Both the position numbers and the translations under genes were made by a program. Below the pieces are notes generated by a model. The model made no database searches. It saw only the letters and a program-made list of their open reading frames with translations, and was not told the origin of the DNA. From Pedobacter sp. (GTDB taxonomy: Bacteria; Bacteroidota; Bacteroidia; Sphingobacteriales; Sphingobacteriaceae), in the NCBI GenBank assembly GCA_004211595.1, contig SEDO01000008.1:41835-105834 (forward strand): a stretch of 64,000 nt of DNA, read 5' to 3'. Below, in pieces: positions 52,185 to 62,009 of the stretch. Numbering within the stretch: the stretch's first letter is position 1; each line of letters begins with the position of its first letter.

Positions 52185-53096
52185 ATGAAAAAAATAGTAG
52201 TGACGGGAAGTAATGGGTTATTGGGTCAAAAAATAACTGAAAGGGTTTTAAAGCTTAATGATTTCGAATTGATTGCAACAGCAAAAGGCCCCAATCGATT
52301 TCCGCAAACAGCAGGGTATGTGTATCAGGAGATGGATATATGCGATGTTGCACAAATGCAAGCGGTGCTGAAGCACTATATGCCCGATGCAGTAATTCAT
52401 ACAGCAGCCATGACCAATGTGGATGTCTGTGAAAGTAGCCAAGAAGAGGCTTATAACTTAAATGTAAAGGCCACCGCAGATTTAGCAAAAATTTGTACGG
52501 AATTGGATATACAATTAGTGCATTTATCAACCGATTTTATTTTCGATGGTGCTGAGGGCCCCTATACAGAAGAAGCTTCCCCAAATCCCTTGAGTTATTA
52601 TGGCAAAACAAAACTCTGGGCTGAACAAGCAGTTCAAAATAATGCTACCAAATGGACGATTCTTCGAACAATTATCGTCTATGGGATTGTAGCAGATATG
52701 AGTCGGAGTAATATTATTTTATGGGCCAAGGGAGCTTTAGAGCAAGGTCAAAAAATAAATGTAGTGAATGATCAATGGCGGATGCCTACATTAGCCGAAG
52801 ACCTCGCCGAAATTTGTTTGCTTGCGGTGCAAAAAGAAGCCCAAGGTGTGTTTAATGCCAGCGGCCAAGATATGATGCGGATAGTGGATATCGTTTATGC
52901 AGTGGCAGATTTTTGGCAATTAGATAAGTCCTTAATTACCGAGATTTCGGCAGAATCCTTAAATCAAGCGGCTAAACGGCCCATAAAAACAGGTTTTGAT
53001 TTGAGTAAGAGCCGTCAGGACTTAGGCTATCAACCCCATACGTTTATGCAGGGACTGGCTATTGTAGATGCACAGTTGAAAACCAGTATTATATGA
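52185..53096 (+). CDS. RmlD-like NAD(P)-dependent sugar-nucleotide reductase (SDR)
   Basis: N-terminal VVTGSNGLLG Rossmann motif and the YGKTK catalytic motif. The length and layout match dTDP-4-dehydrorhamnose reductase-type proteins. Confidence 0.75.
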   Translation: MKKIVVTGSNGLLGQKITERVLKLNDFELIATAKGPNRFPQTAGYVYQEMDICDVAQMQAVLKHYMPDAVIHTAAMTNVDVCESSQEEAYNLNVKATADLAKICTELDIQLVHLSTDFIFDGAEGPYTEEASPNPLSYYGKTKLWAEQAVQNNATKWTILRTIIVYGIVADMSRSNIILWAKGALEQGQKINVVNDQWRMPTLAEDLAEICLLAVQKEAQGVFNASGQDMMRIVDIVYAVADFWQLDKSLITEISAESLNQAAKRPIKTGFDLSKSRQDLGYQPHTFMQGLAIVDAQLKTSII

Positions 53097-54811
53097 AACA
53101 TCTCTTTCTTATTCTCTTTTTGCTTTGCAGGTTAAATGCGTGGTCGCAAAAAGGGGAATTTGATTTGAGATTCAGGCATATAGATTCCTTAATTTTTAAC
53201 CAGAAGTATGAACTTGTTCAGCTTAAACTGGATAGTTTGAAGGCTTATTTAGCCAATAACAAGCATTTAAGTAGCTATAAGGAGATCGGATTAGAGATTA
53301 GATATCGGGAAGTTTTGATGATGGATAATCTAAATCAAACGCCTTCAAAGATGCTTCCGTCGATGTTTAAGCTGTTGGATGAGTCAGAAAGCTTAGCATT
53401 ACCGCAAATAACTTTTCGGGTTTATCTGCTAATTGCACTTTGCTACGAGAAGACAAGTTTTGTGCCTCAGGATTATGAGTTAGGAAAGCAATATTTAGAC
53501 AAGGCATACGCGGTATTTAAAAAGCACAATTTGGATGAAATGTACAGTGCTTATTGTATACGAGTTGCCTCTTATTACAGATATGCGAGAAATGTAGATT
53601 CATTGGTTTATTTCGCCAATCAGGCAAGTAAATATGCCAGGAAGTACAATCAGCCTAAAGAGCTGGAAGACTCCTATACTTTGTTGATTTCGGCCTCAAA
53701 TGCAAAACAAGATTATAAATCAGCACTTAGGTATTCCAATGAATTATTAAGTATTCGATTAAAACACCAGAATGAATTAGGGCCAAGCTACTATAATGTG
53801 GCTAATGCTTATCTTTTGATGAAAGATTATCCCAAAGCGCTTATATATATGGAATCTGCTTACTTGTATTTCGATCAGATGGGGCCGTTATATAAACCAA
53901 TTTTCAGTGAAAAAAAGTCTAATATTTACGAGGGAATGGGGAAAATGGATTCTGCGCTTCATTATTATAAGTTGTTTTCGGAGTATTCCCAACAATCTAT
54001 TGAAGAACAGAATCTGGTTAAAACCAGAGAACTCGAGGAGAAATATCAAAACGATAAAAAGGAGCAATCTATAAAGAACAGAGAGCGGTTGTTGCTTTTA
54101 GTTGGATGTTTGATGACCGCTATTTTTGTAGCCTGGTTACTCGTAGTTAGAAAGAACAGGCAGATTAGTGAGAAGAATAAAATTATTAGTTCACAGTTAC
54201 TGGAACTAACTAAAACCTTAGAACAAAAGCAAGTCCTCCTATCCGAATTGCAGCATCGGGTAAAAAATAATTTGCAACATGTAATCAGTATTCTGGAAAT
54301 TCAGAAGGAAAGTGTTGATTTTAATAATATCGACGAGTTAATTCGGGGAAACCAAAACAGAATTCATTCCATGGCTTTGCTGCATAAAAAGCTAAGCGTG
54401 TCTGAAAATGTGAATGAGGTTGATTTGGAAAAATATATTAGCGAACTGGCGAAGTTGGTCAAAGACTCTTATGCTTCAGACAAAAAGCGAATCCAATTAG
54501 AGGTGAAATGTGAAGTAGAAAAGATATCTTTGGAAAAGGCACTTCCTGTAGGCTTGATTATTACCGAGCTGATTAGTAATAGCATGAAGCACGCTTTTAA
54601 AAGGCGCAGTACTGGAAGGATTCAGGTTGTGATTACTGAAAGTGGGTCCGGAAAAGCGTTATTCTATGCTGATAGCGGGGTTGGGTTTGACTTCAATGCG
54701 TTATATGAAAAGGGCTTAGGGCAAGAAATTATAAATGGTTTGATTGATCAATTGGGTGAAAAAGTAGAGTCAAGCGGGGATAATGGCTTTGAATTGAGGG
54801 TAGGATTTTAA
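53093..54811 (+). CDS. TPR-repeat sensor histidine kinase (HisKA_2/HWE-like phospho-acceptor), orphan
   Basis: Signal peptide, about 300 aa of TPR-like repeats, one TM helix (LLLLVGCLMTAIFVAWLLVV), H-box LQHRVKNNLQ, N-box ELISNSMKHAF and G-box DSGVGF. An ATGA overlap links it to the upstream gene. Confidence 0.82.
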   Translation: MKHLFLILFLLCRLNAWSQKGEFDLRFRHIDSLIFNQKYELVQLKLDSLKAYLANNKHLSSYKEIGLEIRYREVLMMDNLNQTPSKMLPSMFKLLDESESLALPQITFRVYLLIALCYEKTSFVPQDYELGKQYLDKAYAVFKKHNLDEMYSAYCIRVASYYRYARNVDSLVYFANQASKYARKYNQPKELEDSYTLLISASNAKQDYKSALRYSNELLSIRLKHQNELGPSYYNVANAYLLMKDYPKALIYMESAYLYFDQMGPLYKPIFSEKKSNIYEGMGKMDSALHYYKLFSEYSQQSIEEQNLVKTRELEEKYQNDKKEQSIKNRERLLLLVGCLMTAIFVAWLLVVRKNRQISEKNKIISSQLLELTKTLEQKQVLLSELQHRVKNNLQHVISILEIQKESVDFNNIDELIRGNQNRIHSMALLHKKLSVSENVNEVDLEKYISELAKLVKDSYASDKKRIQLEVKCEVEKISLEKALPVGLIITELISNSMKHAFKRRSTGRIQVVITESGSGKALFYADSGVGFDFNALYEKGLGQEIINGLIDQLGEKVESSGDNGFELRVGF

Positions 54812-54890
54812 GCAGACTTTGAGATTTTGATTATTTGTTTTGTTTTGCTATTTTAAAGCTAAAATTAATTTAAAAATCAAAAATAGACTT

Positions 54891-55733
54891 ATGGATTCAA
54901 CAAGAAGAAATTTTTTAAAATCAGCATCAATTCTTACAATTTGTGTTATTGGCTTCAAAGATGTATATGCTTTAGCTGGAGGAAAGAAAAAGTTGCTAGG
55001 AAGTTCTTCAGTTCCAATTAGGAGATCGCCAGAACTTGAAGCTTTTTTGTCTCAATTGTTTGGTGTACCAGTTACCATCACTAAAGTAGGGGGGAATGAT
55101 GTTTTAAATATTCCTGGCTATGACCCCATAGTTTTAGGTATTCAACTAGACACAGTAGTCATTACAGGCACAGGTAAAGTTATTAGTACAATAGATAATA
55201 GTGAACTTTATTCTGGCCCAAGTATGTGGGCTCCAGAATTAGTTGCTGTATTTGGAGGTATAGCTATGAATATGCCATCGTCTGCAATCTCTGGAGCTTA
55301 TAATATAGCAACACATAATATAACCCCAGTAGCTAGTGGGTGGGATGGAATTTCTACATTTGATGCAGTATCTACAGCAGTTACAAGCATGGGTATAGCT
55401 ATGAGTTATACTGATATGGTTACATATGCAACAACCGCTCAAACTTATAAGGCTGTTTCTAGTGCTGGTACATTTATAGGCTACATAGGGATTGGAGGAA
55501 ACTTATTAGAAATTTTTGATGATAATCCAGATACATCGGCAGAGAGATTGGAGGACATGGCTCAAATAATACTAGCAGCAATAATTCTTACAACTCCGGT
55601 AGGTATGGTAGGTGCAATTGCTGGAGGGATCTTACTGGGAGCTTGGGAAATTTGGGAAGTTAAAAGAAATATACCTAACAAAAAAAATGCACCAGTAATA
55701 AGAAGGTTACCAGGAAATAGGAAACAATCATGA
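54891..55733 (+). CDS. Hypothetical Tat-signal protein with Gly/Ala/Ser/Thr-rich hydrophobic C-terminal half
   Basis: The ATG at 54891 gives MDSTRRNFLKSASIL, a consensus twin-arginine motif. The C-terminal region contains a glycine-zipper-like VGMVGAIAGGILLGAW followed by a basic tail. Composition is AT-rich relative to neighbours. Confidence 0.6.
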   Translation: MDSTRRNFLKSASILTICVIGFKDVYALAGGKKKLLGSSSVPIRRSPELEAFLSQLFGVPVTITKVGGNDVLNIPGYDPIVLGIQLDTVVITGTGKVISTIDNSELYSGPSMWAPELVAVFGGIAMNMPSSAISGAYNIATHNITPVASGWDGISTFDAVSTAVTSMGIAMSYTDMVTYATTAQTYKAVSSAGTFIGYIGIGGNLLEIFDDNPDTSAERLEDMAQIILAAIILTTPVGMVGAIAGGILLGAWEIWEVKRNIPNKKNAPVIRRLPGNRKQS

Positions 55734-56155
55734 GATTTTTTTTAAAAAACCTATATATATATTGGTACATAACTTTTTTTGAGATTAAGAAACGCGAAGA
55801 GTATAATAAGATTTTAAATAAAAAGGAGCTAGATACTGAGGATTATAATAATGATGGTCATATTAGTTTTGTAGCTGTAATTATGATATCATTTTTCTTT
55901 TTAGTTTTATTGTTAGACTTATTTTTTATCTATAGGACGTTAACTGATACTCCACTTTCCATTAATAAGGGTTTAGTATATTTAATTTGTACGCTGGTAT
56001 TAATTTTTTCATATATATTGTTGTTCAAAGTCCTTAAAATTGAAAAGTTAAATTACGTTCTGCCAGAATATCAGCCTAGTAAAAAGTCTTTAGATATAGC
56101 TGTTTATATCTATTGGTTTGTTATAATAGTTGGAATGGCTATAGGATTTTCTTAA
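55730..56155 (+). CDS. Hypothetical small polytopic membrane protein
   Basis: 141 aa with about 3-4 TM helices and very AT-rich codons. Its ATG overlaps the upstream stop (ATGA at 55730-55733). Confidence 0.5.
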   Translation: MRFFLKNLYIYWYITFFEIKKREEYNKILNKKELDTEDYNNDGHISFVAVIMISFFFLVLLLDLFFIYRTLTDTPLSINKGLVYLICTLVLIFSYILLFKVLKIEKLNYVLPEYQPSKKSLDIAVYIYWFVIIVGMAIGFS

Positions 56156-56240
56156 CCTTGTTTGAAGAGGAGTTAGTTGAAAAACCTTATCTTTGATTTT
56201 CAGGTTAAGGATAATTTTAAATTTTAATAATATATAGGTT

Positions 56241-56705
56241 ATGGCATTACAAGTAGGCGATAAAGCGCCATCATTTCAATTATACGGAGCTGATTTAAAA
56301 GAGCATAAATTAGCAGATTTTCAAGGTAAAAAAGTTGTATTACATTTTTTTCCAATGGCTTTTACAGGTGTTTGTACCACTCAACTTTGCACTATGCGTG
56401 ATAACTTTGGGTTTTACGAGGGTTTGAATGCTCAGGTTTTAGGTGTATCGGTAGATTCTCCTTTTACTTTGGCTAAATTCAAAGAAGATCAAAACTATCA
56501 GTTCCCTTTATTGTCTGATTTTAATAAAGAAATTTCGGCTGCTTATGGCGCATTATATGAGGAGTTTGCATTCGGTTTAAAAGGAGTTTCTAAAAGAGCT
56601 GCTTTTGTAATTGATGAAAATGGTAAAATTGCTTATGCTGAAGTGTTAGAAAATGCAGGTGATTTACCTGATTTTGCGGCAATAGATGCTGTGGTAAAGG
56701 CGTAA
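56241..56705 (+). CDS. Peroxiredoxin (AhpC/TSA-redoxin family)
   Basis: Thioredoxin fold with the peroxidatic Cys motif [12 protein letters not shown]. Confidence 0.85.
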   Translation: MALQVGDKAPSFQLYGADLKEHKLADFQGKKVVLHFFPMAFTGVCTTQLCTMRDNFGFYEGLNAQVLGVSVDSPFTLAKFKEDQNYQFPLLSDFNKEISAAYGALYEEFAFGLKGVSKRAAFVIDENGKIAYAEVLENAGDLPDFAAIDAVVKA

Positions 56706-56758
56706 TAAGCTGAACGCAAAGCTGTTTTAGAAATAAACAATAAATAAATGATAATTTA

Positions 56759-56789
56759 TTGTGAAATTAATTTTGAAACGTTAATTTTG
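56759..56789 (+). promoter_or_regulatory. Candidate Bacteroidota-type promoter for tRNA-Arg
   Basis: TAATTTTG (56782-56789) fits the TAnnTTTG -7 consensus. A TTG at 56759-56761 lies 20 nt upstream, and the tRNA starts 25 nt downstream. Confidence 0.45.
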
Positions 56790-56813
56790 CAGTCCCTAAC
56801 AAGGGGACCATAC

Positions 56814-56890
56814 GCACTCGTAGCTCAATTGGATAGAGCATCTGACTACGGATCAGAAGGTTTGGGGTTCGAATCCCTACGAGTGCACCA
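56814..56890 (+). tRNA. tRNA-Arg (anticodon ACG), CCA encoded
   Basis: Hand-folded cloverleaf: acceptor GCACTCG/CGAGTGC, D-arm GCTC..GAGC, anticodon stem TCTGA/TCAGA with loop CTACGGA (ACG), T-arm TGGGG TTCGAAT CCCTA, and 3' ACCA. Confidence 0.92.
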
Positions 56891-56899
56891 TTTTTGAAG

Positions 56900-56953
56900 A
56901 AGCCTTACAGCCAATTCGGGAGGAGGCCTCCAGTGAATAGGTGCAAGGCTTTT
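56900..56953 (+). terminator. Compound stem-loop after the tRNA (possible terminator)
   Basis: Outer stem AAGCCTT / AAGGCTT enclosing a GC-rich inner hairpin GGAGG-AGG-CCTCC, followed by TTTAAATTTT. Confidence 0.45.
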
Positions 56954-56972
56954 AAATTTTAAAGCCAATTAA

Positions 56973-57542
56973 ATGCTGAACTTAATCCTCTTCGGCCCTC
57001 CAGGTGCAGGTAAAGGCACCCAATCTCAAAAATTGATTGAAAAATATCAATTGGTTCACATTTCAACTGGCGATCTATTCAGAGCCCATATTAAAAATCA
57101 AACTGAATTAGGTAAGCAAGTAAGTTCTTTGATTGCTAACGGAGAATTAGTTCCGGATCAAATTACCATTGCCATGTTGGAAGAAGAAATTGACAAAAAT
57201 CCTGATGCAAAAGGATTTGTTTTTGATGGTTTTCCAAGAACCATTCCGCAAGCAGAAGAATTAGATAAATTTTTGGAAAGTAAAGGTTCAGAAATTTGTG
57301 GGGTTATTGCCTTGGATGTAGATCAAGATGAACTTTTAAAGCGAATTGCTATTCGTCAAAAAGAGAGTGGACGCGCAGATGATGAGGCGGATAAGTCTAA
57401 AAAGCGCATCGACGAATATTTCAATAAAATTATTTTAGTATTGCCTTATTACGAAGCACAACAAAAATTGACAAAAATCAATGGTATCGGGGATATCGAA
57501 GATATATTTGGTCAAATTTGTGGTGTGATGGATCAATACTAA
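56973..57542 (+). CDS. adk: Adenylate kinase (short-lid type)
   Basis: P-loop GPPGAGKGTQ, the GDLFR motif, and DGFPRT. Confidence 0.93.
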   Translation: MLNLILFGPPGAGKGTQSQKLIEKYQLVHISTGDLFRAHIKNQTELGKQVSSLIANGELVPDQITIAMLEEEIDKNPDAKGFVFDGFPRTIPQAEELDKFLESKGSEICGVIALDVDQDELLKRIAIRQKESGRADDEADKSKKRIDEYFNKIILVLPYYEAQQKLTKINGIGDIEDIFGQICGVMDQY

Positions 57543-57614
57543 TATTCAAATAAAACCTTTTTAAGTGCTATGCTTTTAGGAGCTTAGCATTTTGTATTTA
57601 TTACCTATTTAATT

Positions 57615-58610
57615 ATGTCCCAAGGTTCAAACTTTGTAGATTATGTAAAGATTTGTTGTCGATCTGGTAAAGGGGGAGCGGGTTCTGCGCATCTACATCG
57701 CGACAAATTTACCATGACCGGTGGCCCTGATGGGGGAGACGGTGGTCGGGGAGGACATATTATTTTAAAAGGTAATGCCCAATTTTGGACCTTATTACAC
57801 CTTAAATACAGAAAACATATTATTGCGGGTGATGGGGATAGTGGGGGTTCTAGTCATAAATCCGGTAAAACAGGACGAGATGAAATATTAGAAGTGCCTT
57901 TAGGCACAATCGCTCGGGATGCTGAAACTGGGGATGTTATTTTTGAAATTACCGAAGATGGCGAAACCCGAATCTTAACTCCAGGTGGACGCGGAGGCTT
58001 AGGGAATGCTCATTTTAAAACGCCTACTTTACAAACACCTCGCTTTGCACAACCAGGAGAGCCTGGAAGAGAAGAGTGGATGATTTTGGAATTAAAGGTA
58101 TTGGCGGATGTGGGTTTAGTCGGCTTTCCAAATGCTGGAAAATCAACTTTACTTTCTGTATTATCTGCTGCAAAGCCTGAAATCGCCGATTATCCCTTTA
58201 CTACGATTGTACCTAATTTAGGAATGGTTTCTTACCGGGATGGCCGCTCCTTTGTGATGGCTGATATACCAGGTATTATTGAAGGCGCATCAAAAGGAAA
58301 GGGCTTAGGCTTTCGCTTCTTACGTCATATTGAAAGAAACTCGGTTTTGTTATTCATGATACCGGCCGATACCAGTCGCTCGATTCGGGAAGAATATGAA
58401 ATCTTGAAAAATGAGTTACGTGAATTCAATCCTGAATTAATGCATAAGCCTCATTTATTAGCCATTACCAAGGCTGATTTGTTAGATGAAGAATTAGAAG
58501 CTGAAATGGCTTTAGAATGTCCTAAAATACCTTATTTATTTATTTCATCGGTCGCTCAAAAAGGTATTCCAGCATTAAAAGATTTAATCTGGAAAACCAT
58601 TAATAGCTAA
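57615..58610 (+). CDS. obg: GTPase Obg/CgtA
   Basis: Glycine-rich Obg fold ([18 protein letters not shown]) plus G-domain motifs [13 protein letters not shown] and TKAD. Confidence 0.94.
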   Translation: MSQGSNFVDYVKICCRSGKGGAGSAHLHRDKFTMTGGPDGGDGGRGGHIILKGNAQFWTLLHLKYRKHIIAGDGDSGGSSHKSGKTGRDEILEVPLGTIARDAETGDVIFEITEDGETRILTPGGRGGLGNAHFKTPTLQTPRFAQPGEPGREEWMILELKVLADVGLVGFPNAGKSTLLSVLSAAKPEIADYPFTTIVPNLGMVSYRDGRSFVMADIPGIIEGASKGKGLGFRFLRHIERNSVLLFMIPADTSRSIREEYEILKNELREFNPELMHKPHLLAITKADLLDEELEAEMALECPKIPYLFISSVAQKGIPALKDLIWKTINS

Positions 58611-58666
58611 AGCTAGGCTAATCCTTAAAAATTTTTCAATAGCTGGGTGTTATCCCAGCCATCATA

Positions 58667-60394
58667 TTAAGATCTTCGGATAACCACATTTTCCATCACG
58701 AGCATATCCATTTTAGTGCGTAAATAACAAGCTAAGGCTTCTTCTGGTTTATTAACAATGGGCTCATTTTCATTAAAAGAAGTATTTAACAAAATGGGAA
58801 CGCCCGACTTTTGATGAAAGGCAGCAATTAATCCGTAATATTTGGGTTCTATATTAGCATCCACGGTTTGTAATCTACCAGTACCATCCACATGCGTGAC
58901 AGCAGGGATAGAGGCCCTCATTTCAGGCTTTATAACAAATACTTTCTCCATAAATGGCACATCATCCACTCTTTCGAAATAAGTGGCTGTATGCTCCTTT
59001 AAAATAGATGGAGCAAAAGGTCTGAAGGATTCTCTACGTTTGATTTTAGCGTTTAGGATTTCTTTAGCATCGGTGCGTCTTGGATCAGCTAAAATAGAAC
59101 GATGCCCTAAGGCTCTTGGACCAAACTCTGCTCTGCCTTGAAACCAACCTACCACACCGCCATCTATTAAACATTGAGAAACTTCGTCAAATAATTCGCT
59201 ATCATTTAATACGCGATAGTCTATATTTTGTGCCTTCAAAACGGCTTCAACTTCAGCGTTGGTAAATTTAGCCCCAAAATATCCATGCCACATCACCTCT
59301 TCTCGGTTATTTTTTAACTCTTGATGATAAACCCATAAGGCAGCGCCAATTGCAGTTCCAGCATCATGTCCAGCGGGTGGAATATATAATTTTTTGAAAG
59401 GGGTGTTTTGTATGATTTTACCATTGGCTACAGAATTTTGTGCTACTCCCCCTGCAATACATACCGAATCTAACCCGGTGCGCGCATGGAGGCCATTTAA
59501 TATATGATAAATTAATTCTTCTGTAAATCGTTGTACCGAAGCAGCCATATCATAATGGTATTGCTCCAATTTATCTTCAGCCTTGCGTACAGGTCCAAAT
59601 TCTGCTATTAATTTGTCGGAATAGATACTATCCACTGCTGGAATGCCACCTTCCCAAACCATATTAACCCCTTTTTTTGCATGGTTGAAGTAATCTAGGT
59701 TTAATTCAAACAAGCCATTGGGTAAGAACTTCAATACTTGGCGGAGTTTATCGACATATTTGGCTTCTCCATAAGGGGCGAGTCCCATTACTTTATATTC
59801 ATCGCCATAATGCGGAAAGCCGAGCCATTGCGTAAATGTGGTATAGAAAATGCCCACAGAATGCGGATAGGATACGGAGTCTAATACACTTATTTGAGTG
59901 CCCTCTCCAGTCCCAATCATCGTGGAGGTAAAATCACCCATTCCATCGATCGATAATAAGGCAGATTTTTCAAAAGGAGACGGGAAAAAGGCAGAAGCTA
60001 AATGTGCTCGATGGTGTTCTACATTCACAATTTTAGCTTTCAGTTCGCCGCTTTGTAATTTGAAAAGGGATATGAACTCATCTTCAATACTAGCAGCTTT
60101 TTTTAAATTAGATACTCGATCGATGATATTTTTAATACTTAGTTTTTGCTTGAGGGCTGTCACTACTTTTTTTCCAAAATTAGCTTTAGGGTCGCGTGAA
60201 ATGGCGATATAATCTAAATCTTGAACTTTTATACCAGCCTCCTTTAAACAAAATTCAATGGCCTGAGACGGAAATCCAGCCCAGTGTTTAATCCGTCTAA
60301 ATCTTTCTTCTTCGGTAGCTGCTATTAAGGTTCCGTTTTTGTAAACGCAAGCTGATGAATCGCCATGGTAGGCATTAACTCCTAAAATATACAT
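58667..60394 (-). CDS. NodU/CmcH-family carbamoyltransferase
   Basis: MYILGVNAYHGDSSA N-terminus, the HH..AH metal motifs (EHHRAHLASAF), and a C-terminal YrdC-like/Kae1-like arrangement typical of O-carbamoyltransferases. Confidence 0.87.
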   Translation of the reverse strand: MYILGVNAYHGDSSACVYKNGTLIAATEEERFRRIKHWAGFPSQAIEFCLKEAGIKVQDLDYIAISRDPKANFGKKVVTALKQKLSIKNIIDRVSNLKKAASIEDEFISLFKLQSGELKAKIVNVEHHRAHLASAFFPSPFEKSALLSIDGMGDFTSTMIGTGEGTQISVLDSVSYPHSVGIFYTTFTQWLGFPHYGDEYKVMGLAPYGEAKYVDKLRQVLKFLPNGLFELNLDYFNHAKKGVNMVWEGGIPAVDSIYSDKLIAEFGPVRKAEDKLEQYHYDMAASVQRFTEELIYHILNGLHARTGLDSVCIAGGVAQNSVANGKIIQNTPFKKLYIPPAGHDAGTAIGAALWVYHQELKNNREEVMWHGYFGAKFTNAEVEAVLKAQNIDYRVLNDSELFDEVSQCLIDGGVVGWFQGRAEFGPRALGHRSILADPRRTDAKEILNAKIKRRESFRPFAPSILKEHTATYFERVDDVPFMEKVFVIKPEMRASIPAVTHVDGTGRLQTVDANIEPKYYGLIAAFHQKSGVPILLNTSFNENEPIVNKPEEALACYLRTKMDMLVMENVVIRRS

Positions 60395-60412
60395 ATATGT
60401 GTTTCGAATTTT

Positions 60413-61075
60413 CTATTGGGTAATCTGATCCGGATTTGAGTTATTATTAACTGAGGTTTCCGGTTGATTTTGCGAAGGTGCAACCGATTTGCTGTTCGTT
60501 TGTTTTTTTATCCAAAAATAGATAACTATAAAAATGCATAAATACACGATGATATTAAATATCTCGTGATGGTATTCAAACAATTCTCTTTGTGATTTAA
60601 ATGTACCTAAAAGGATGCCTAAACCAGCAATTCTCATCACATTAAGCACATAAATCATTATTGTGCCGAATATAAATAACTTAAGTTTTGCATTTAGTTT
60701 AGCTGGAAAAGCTATTATAAAAGCTATTAAAAAGCTCCAAACGCCTAAACCTAAACAAGAGTAACCGACTACTAGGGTAGGACCATCTACAATTAATAAC
60801 TGAGTTTCATTATAGATAACATGAAAGCCAAATATCCTAATTAAAGCTGTAGAACAAACAATTAATGAGGTTTTGAGCCATTGTATGTAATTTAAATTTT
60901 CAGCAAACCAAGGATGATGGTAAGTTCCACCTACGTTTGTCACTGAATTCATAAATAAATGTCCTTGACTGAGCAAGAAATAACCAATGAGCATTAAAAT
61001 AACAAATTTAATGGCCTTTTGATTGGCGGATTTATTAGGATTTGGAATGGATTTAGTTTCCATGGGCGTGTACAT
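60413..61075 (-). CDS. Exosortase/archaeosortase-superfamily membrane protein (XrtF-like)
   Basis: Polytopic protein with the family's ordered Cys / Arg / His motifs: GYSCLGLG, NVMRIAGL and EYHHEIF. It sits in a glycosyltransferase cluster. The assignment is from motif memory only. Confidence 0.5.
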   Translation of the reverse strand: MYTPMETKSIPNPNKSANQKAIKFVILMLIGYFLLSQGHLFMNSVTNVGGTYHHPWFAENLNYIQWLKTSLIVCSTALIRIFGFHVIYNETQLLIVDGPTLVVGYSCLGLGVWSFLIAFIIAFPAKLNAKLKLFIFGTIMIYVLNVMRIAGLGILLGTFKSQRELFEYHHEIFNIIVYLCIFIVIYFWIKKQTNSKSVAPSQNQPETSVNNNSNPDQITQ

Positions 61076-61124
61076 TGGTTTTATATTAATCGGCCGCTTA
61101 GCGGCTTTGAAATGCTTTAAATAG

Positions 61125-61994
61125 CTATTGCATGTTATGTTGTGCCTGTTCTTTTAAAAGTTCCTTTAACTTTTTATCAATTAATTTTCTAAACCATAAA
61201 GCATGTAAATAATGAAATTTTCGGCCGGTTTTTCCATCTAATATACCCAATTTAAAAAACATCCGATAGGAAAAATACAAATACGGACGAAGACCTAGAG
61301 GGAGCTTCCACCACATTCTTTTTAACCAGGCTGTGCGTTGATCAGGATTGCCAAAAAAAATAGCTTGGAGTGTTTGGTTTCTTAACCCTTGAAGTCTTTC
61401 AAACTCCTCATGTGCAACACGTTCGGCATATTTTTCATGTTTTTCAATCCAAAATTGAGTGTCATTTTCTTTTAAATTTTCTTCAATTAAATAAGCCTGA
61501 TCCCAAATGGTTGTGTTGCCTTCTACTATAAAGCGGTGATCCATATTTTCATTTAAATCTGAATAACCTTTACTCGTACGGAACATTTTTAATAGATAAA
61601 AAGGAAAATACCCTCCGTATTTTAACCATTTGCCCTGAAATATATTTTTTCGATTAAAATAGATGCCATCTATATTTTCATATTGCTTAGGATCGAAATT
61701 TTGAAGTTTCGCTAGAAGTTCTGGACTTAAAGTTTGATCAGCATCTAAGCCTATAATCCAAGGAGTTTTTACAGGGCAATTTTGAAGTGCAAAATCCCAT
61801 TGTAAGGGATGATTAATGAATTTATTATATTTTACTTCCGCTTTGTAAGCTGCCGCAATTTCTAAGGTGTGATCTGTACTTCCACTATCAATAATAAAGG
61901 TTTTAGCTTGGACCGGAGCAATTGATTGCAAAATACGAGGTAAATGCAGCTCTTCGTTAAAGGTGAGTATGATAAATGTGAAGTGGGGGTTCAT
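61125..61994 (-). CDS. Family-2 glycosyltransferase
   Basis: N-terminal FTFIILTFNEE, DSGSTD, and a DAD (DxD) motif. Confidence 0.82.
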   Translation of the reverse strand: MNPHFTFIILTFNEELHLPRILQSIAPVQAKTFIIDSGSTDHTLEIAAAYKAEVKYNKFINHPLQWDFALQNCPVKTPWIIGLDADQTLSPELLAKLQNFDPKQYENIDGIYFNRKNIFQGKWLKYGGYFPFYLLKMFRTSKGYSDLNENMDHRFIVEGNTTIWDQAYLIEENLKENDTQFWIEKHEKYAERVAHEEFERLQGLRNQTLQAIFFGNPDQRTAWLKRMWWKLPLGLRPYLYFSYRMFFKLGILDGKTGRKFHYLHALWFRKLIDKKLKELLKEQAQHNMQ

Positions 61995-62009
61995 GGGGTA
62001 TTCAGAATT

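Noticed and set aside
54812-56890. tRNA-linked genomic island containing the AT-rich cassette
   Set aside because: The cassette lies 5' of tRNA-Arg with a normal peroxiredoxin gene in between. There is no integrase, and I found no direct repeat of the tRNA 3' end. Downstream of the tRNA are the core genes adk and obg. The atypical composition alone supports foreign origin, not a classical tRNA-integrated island.
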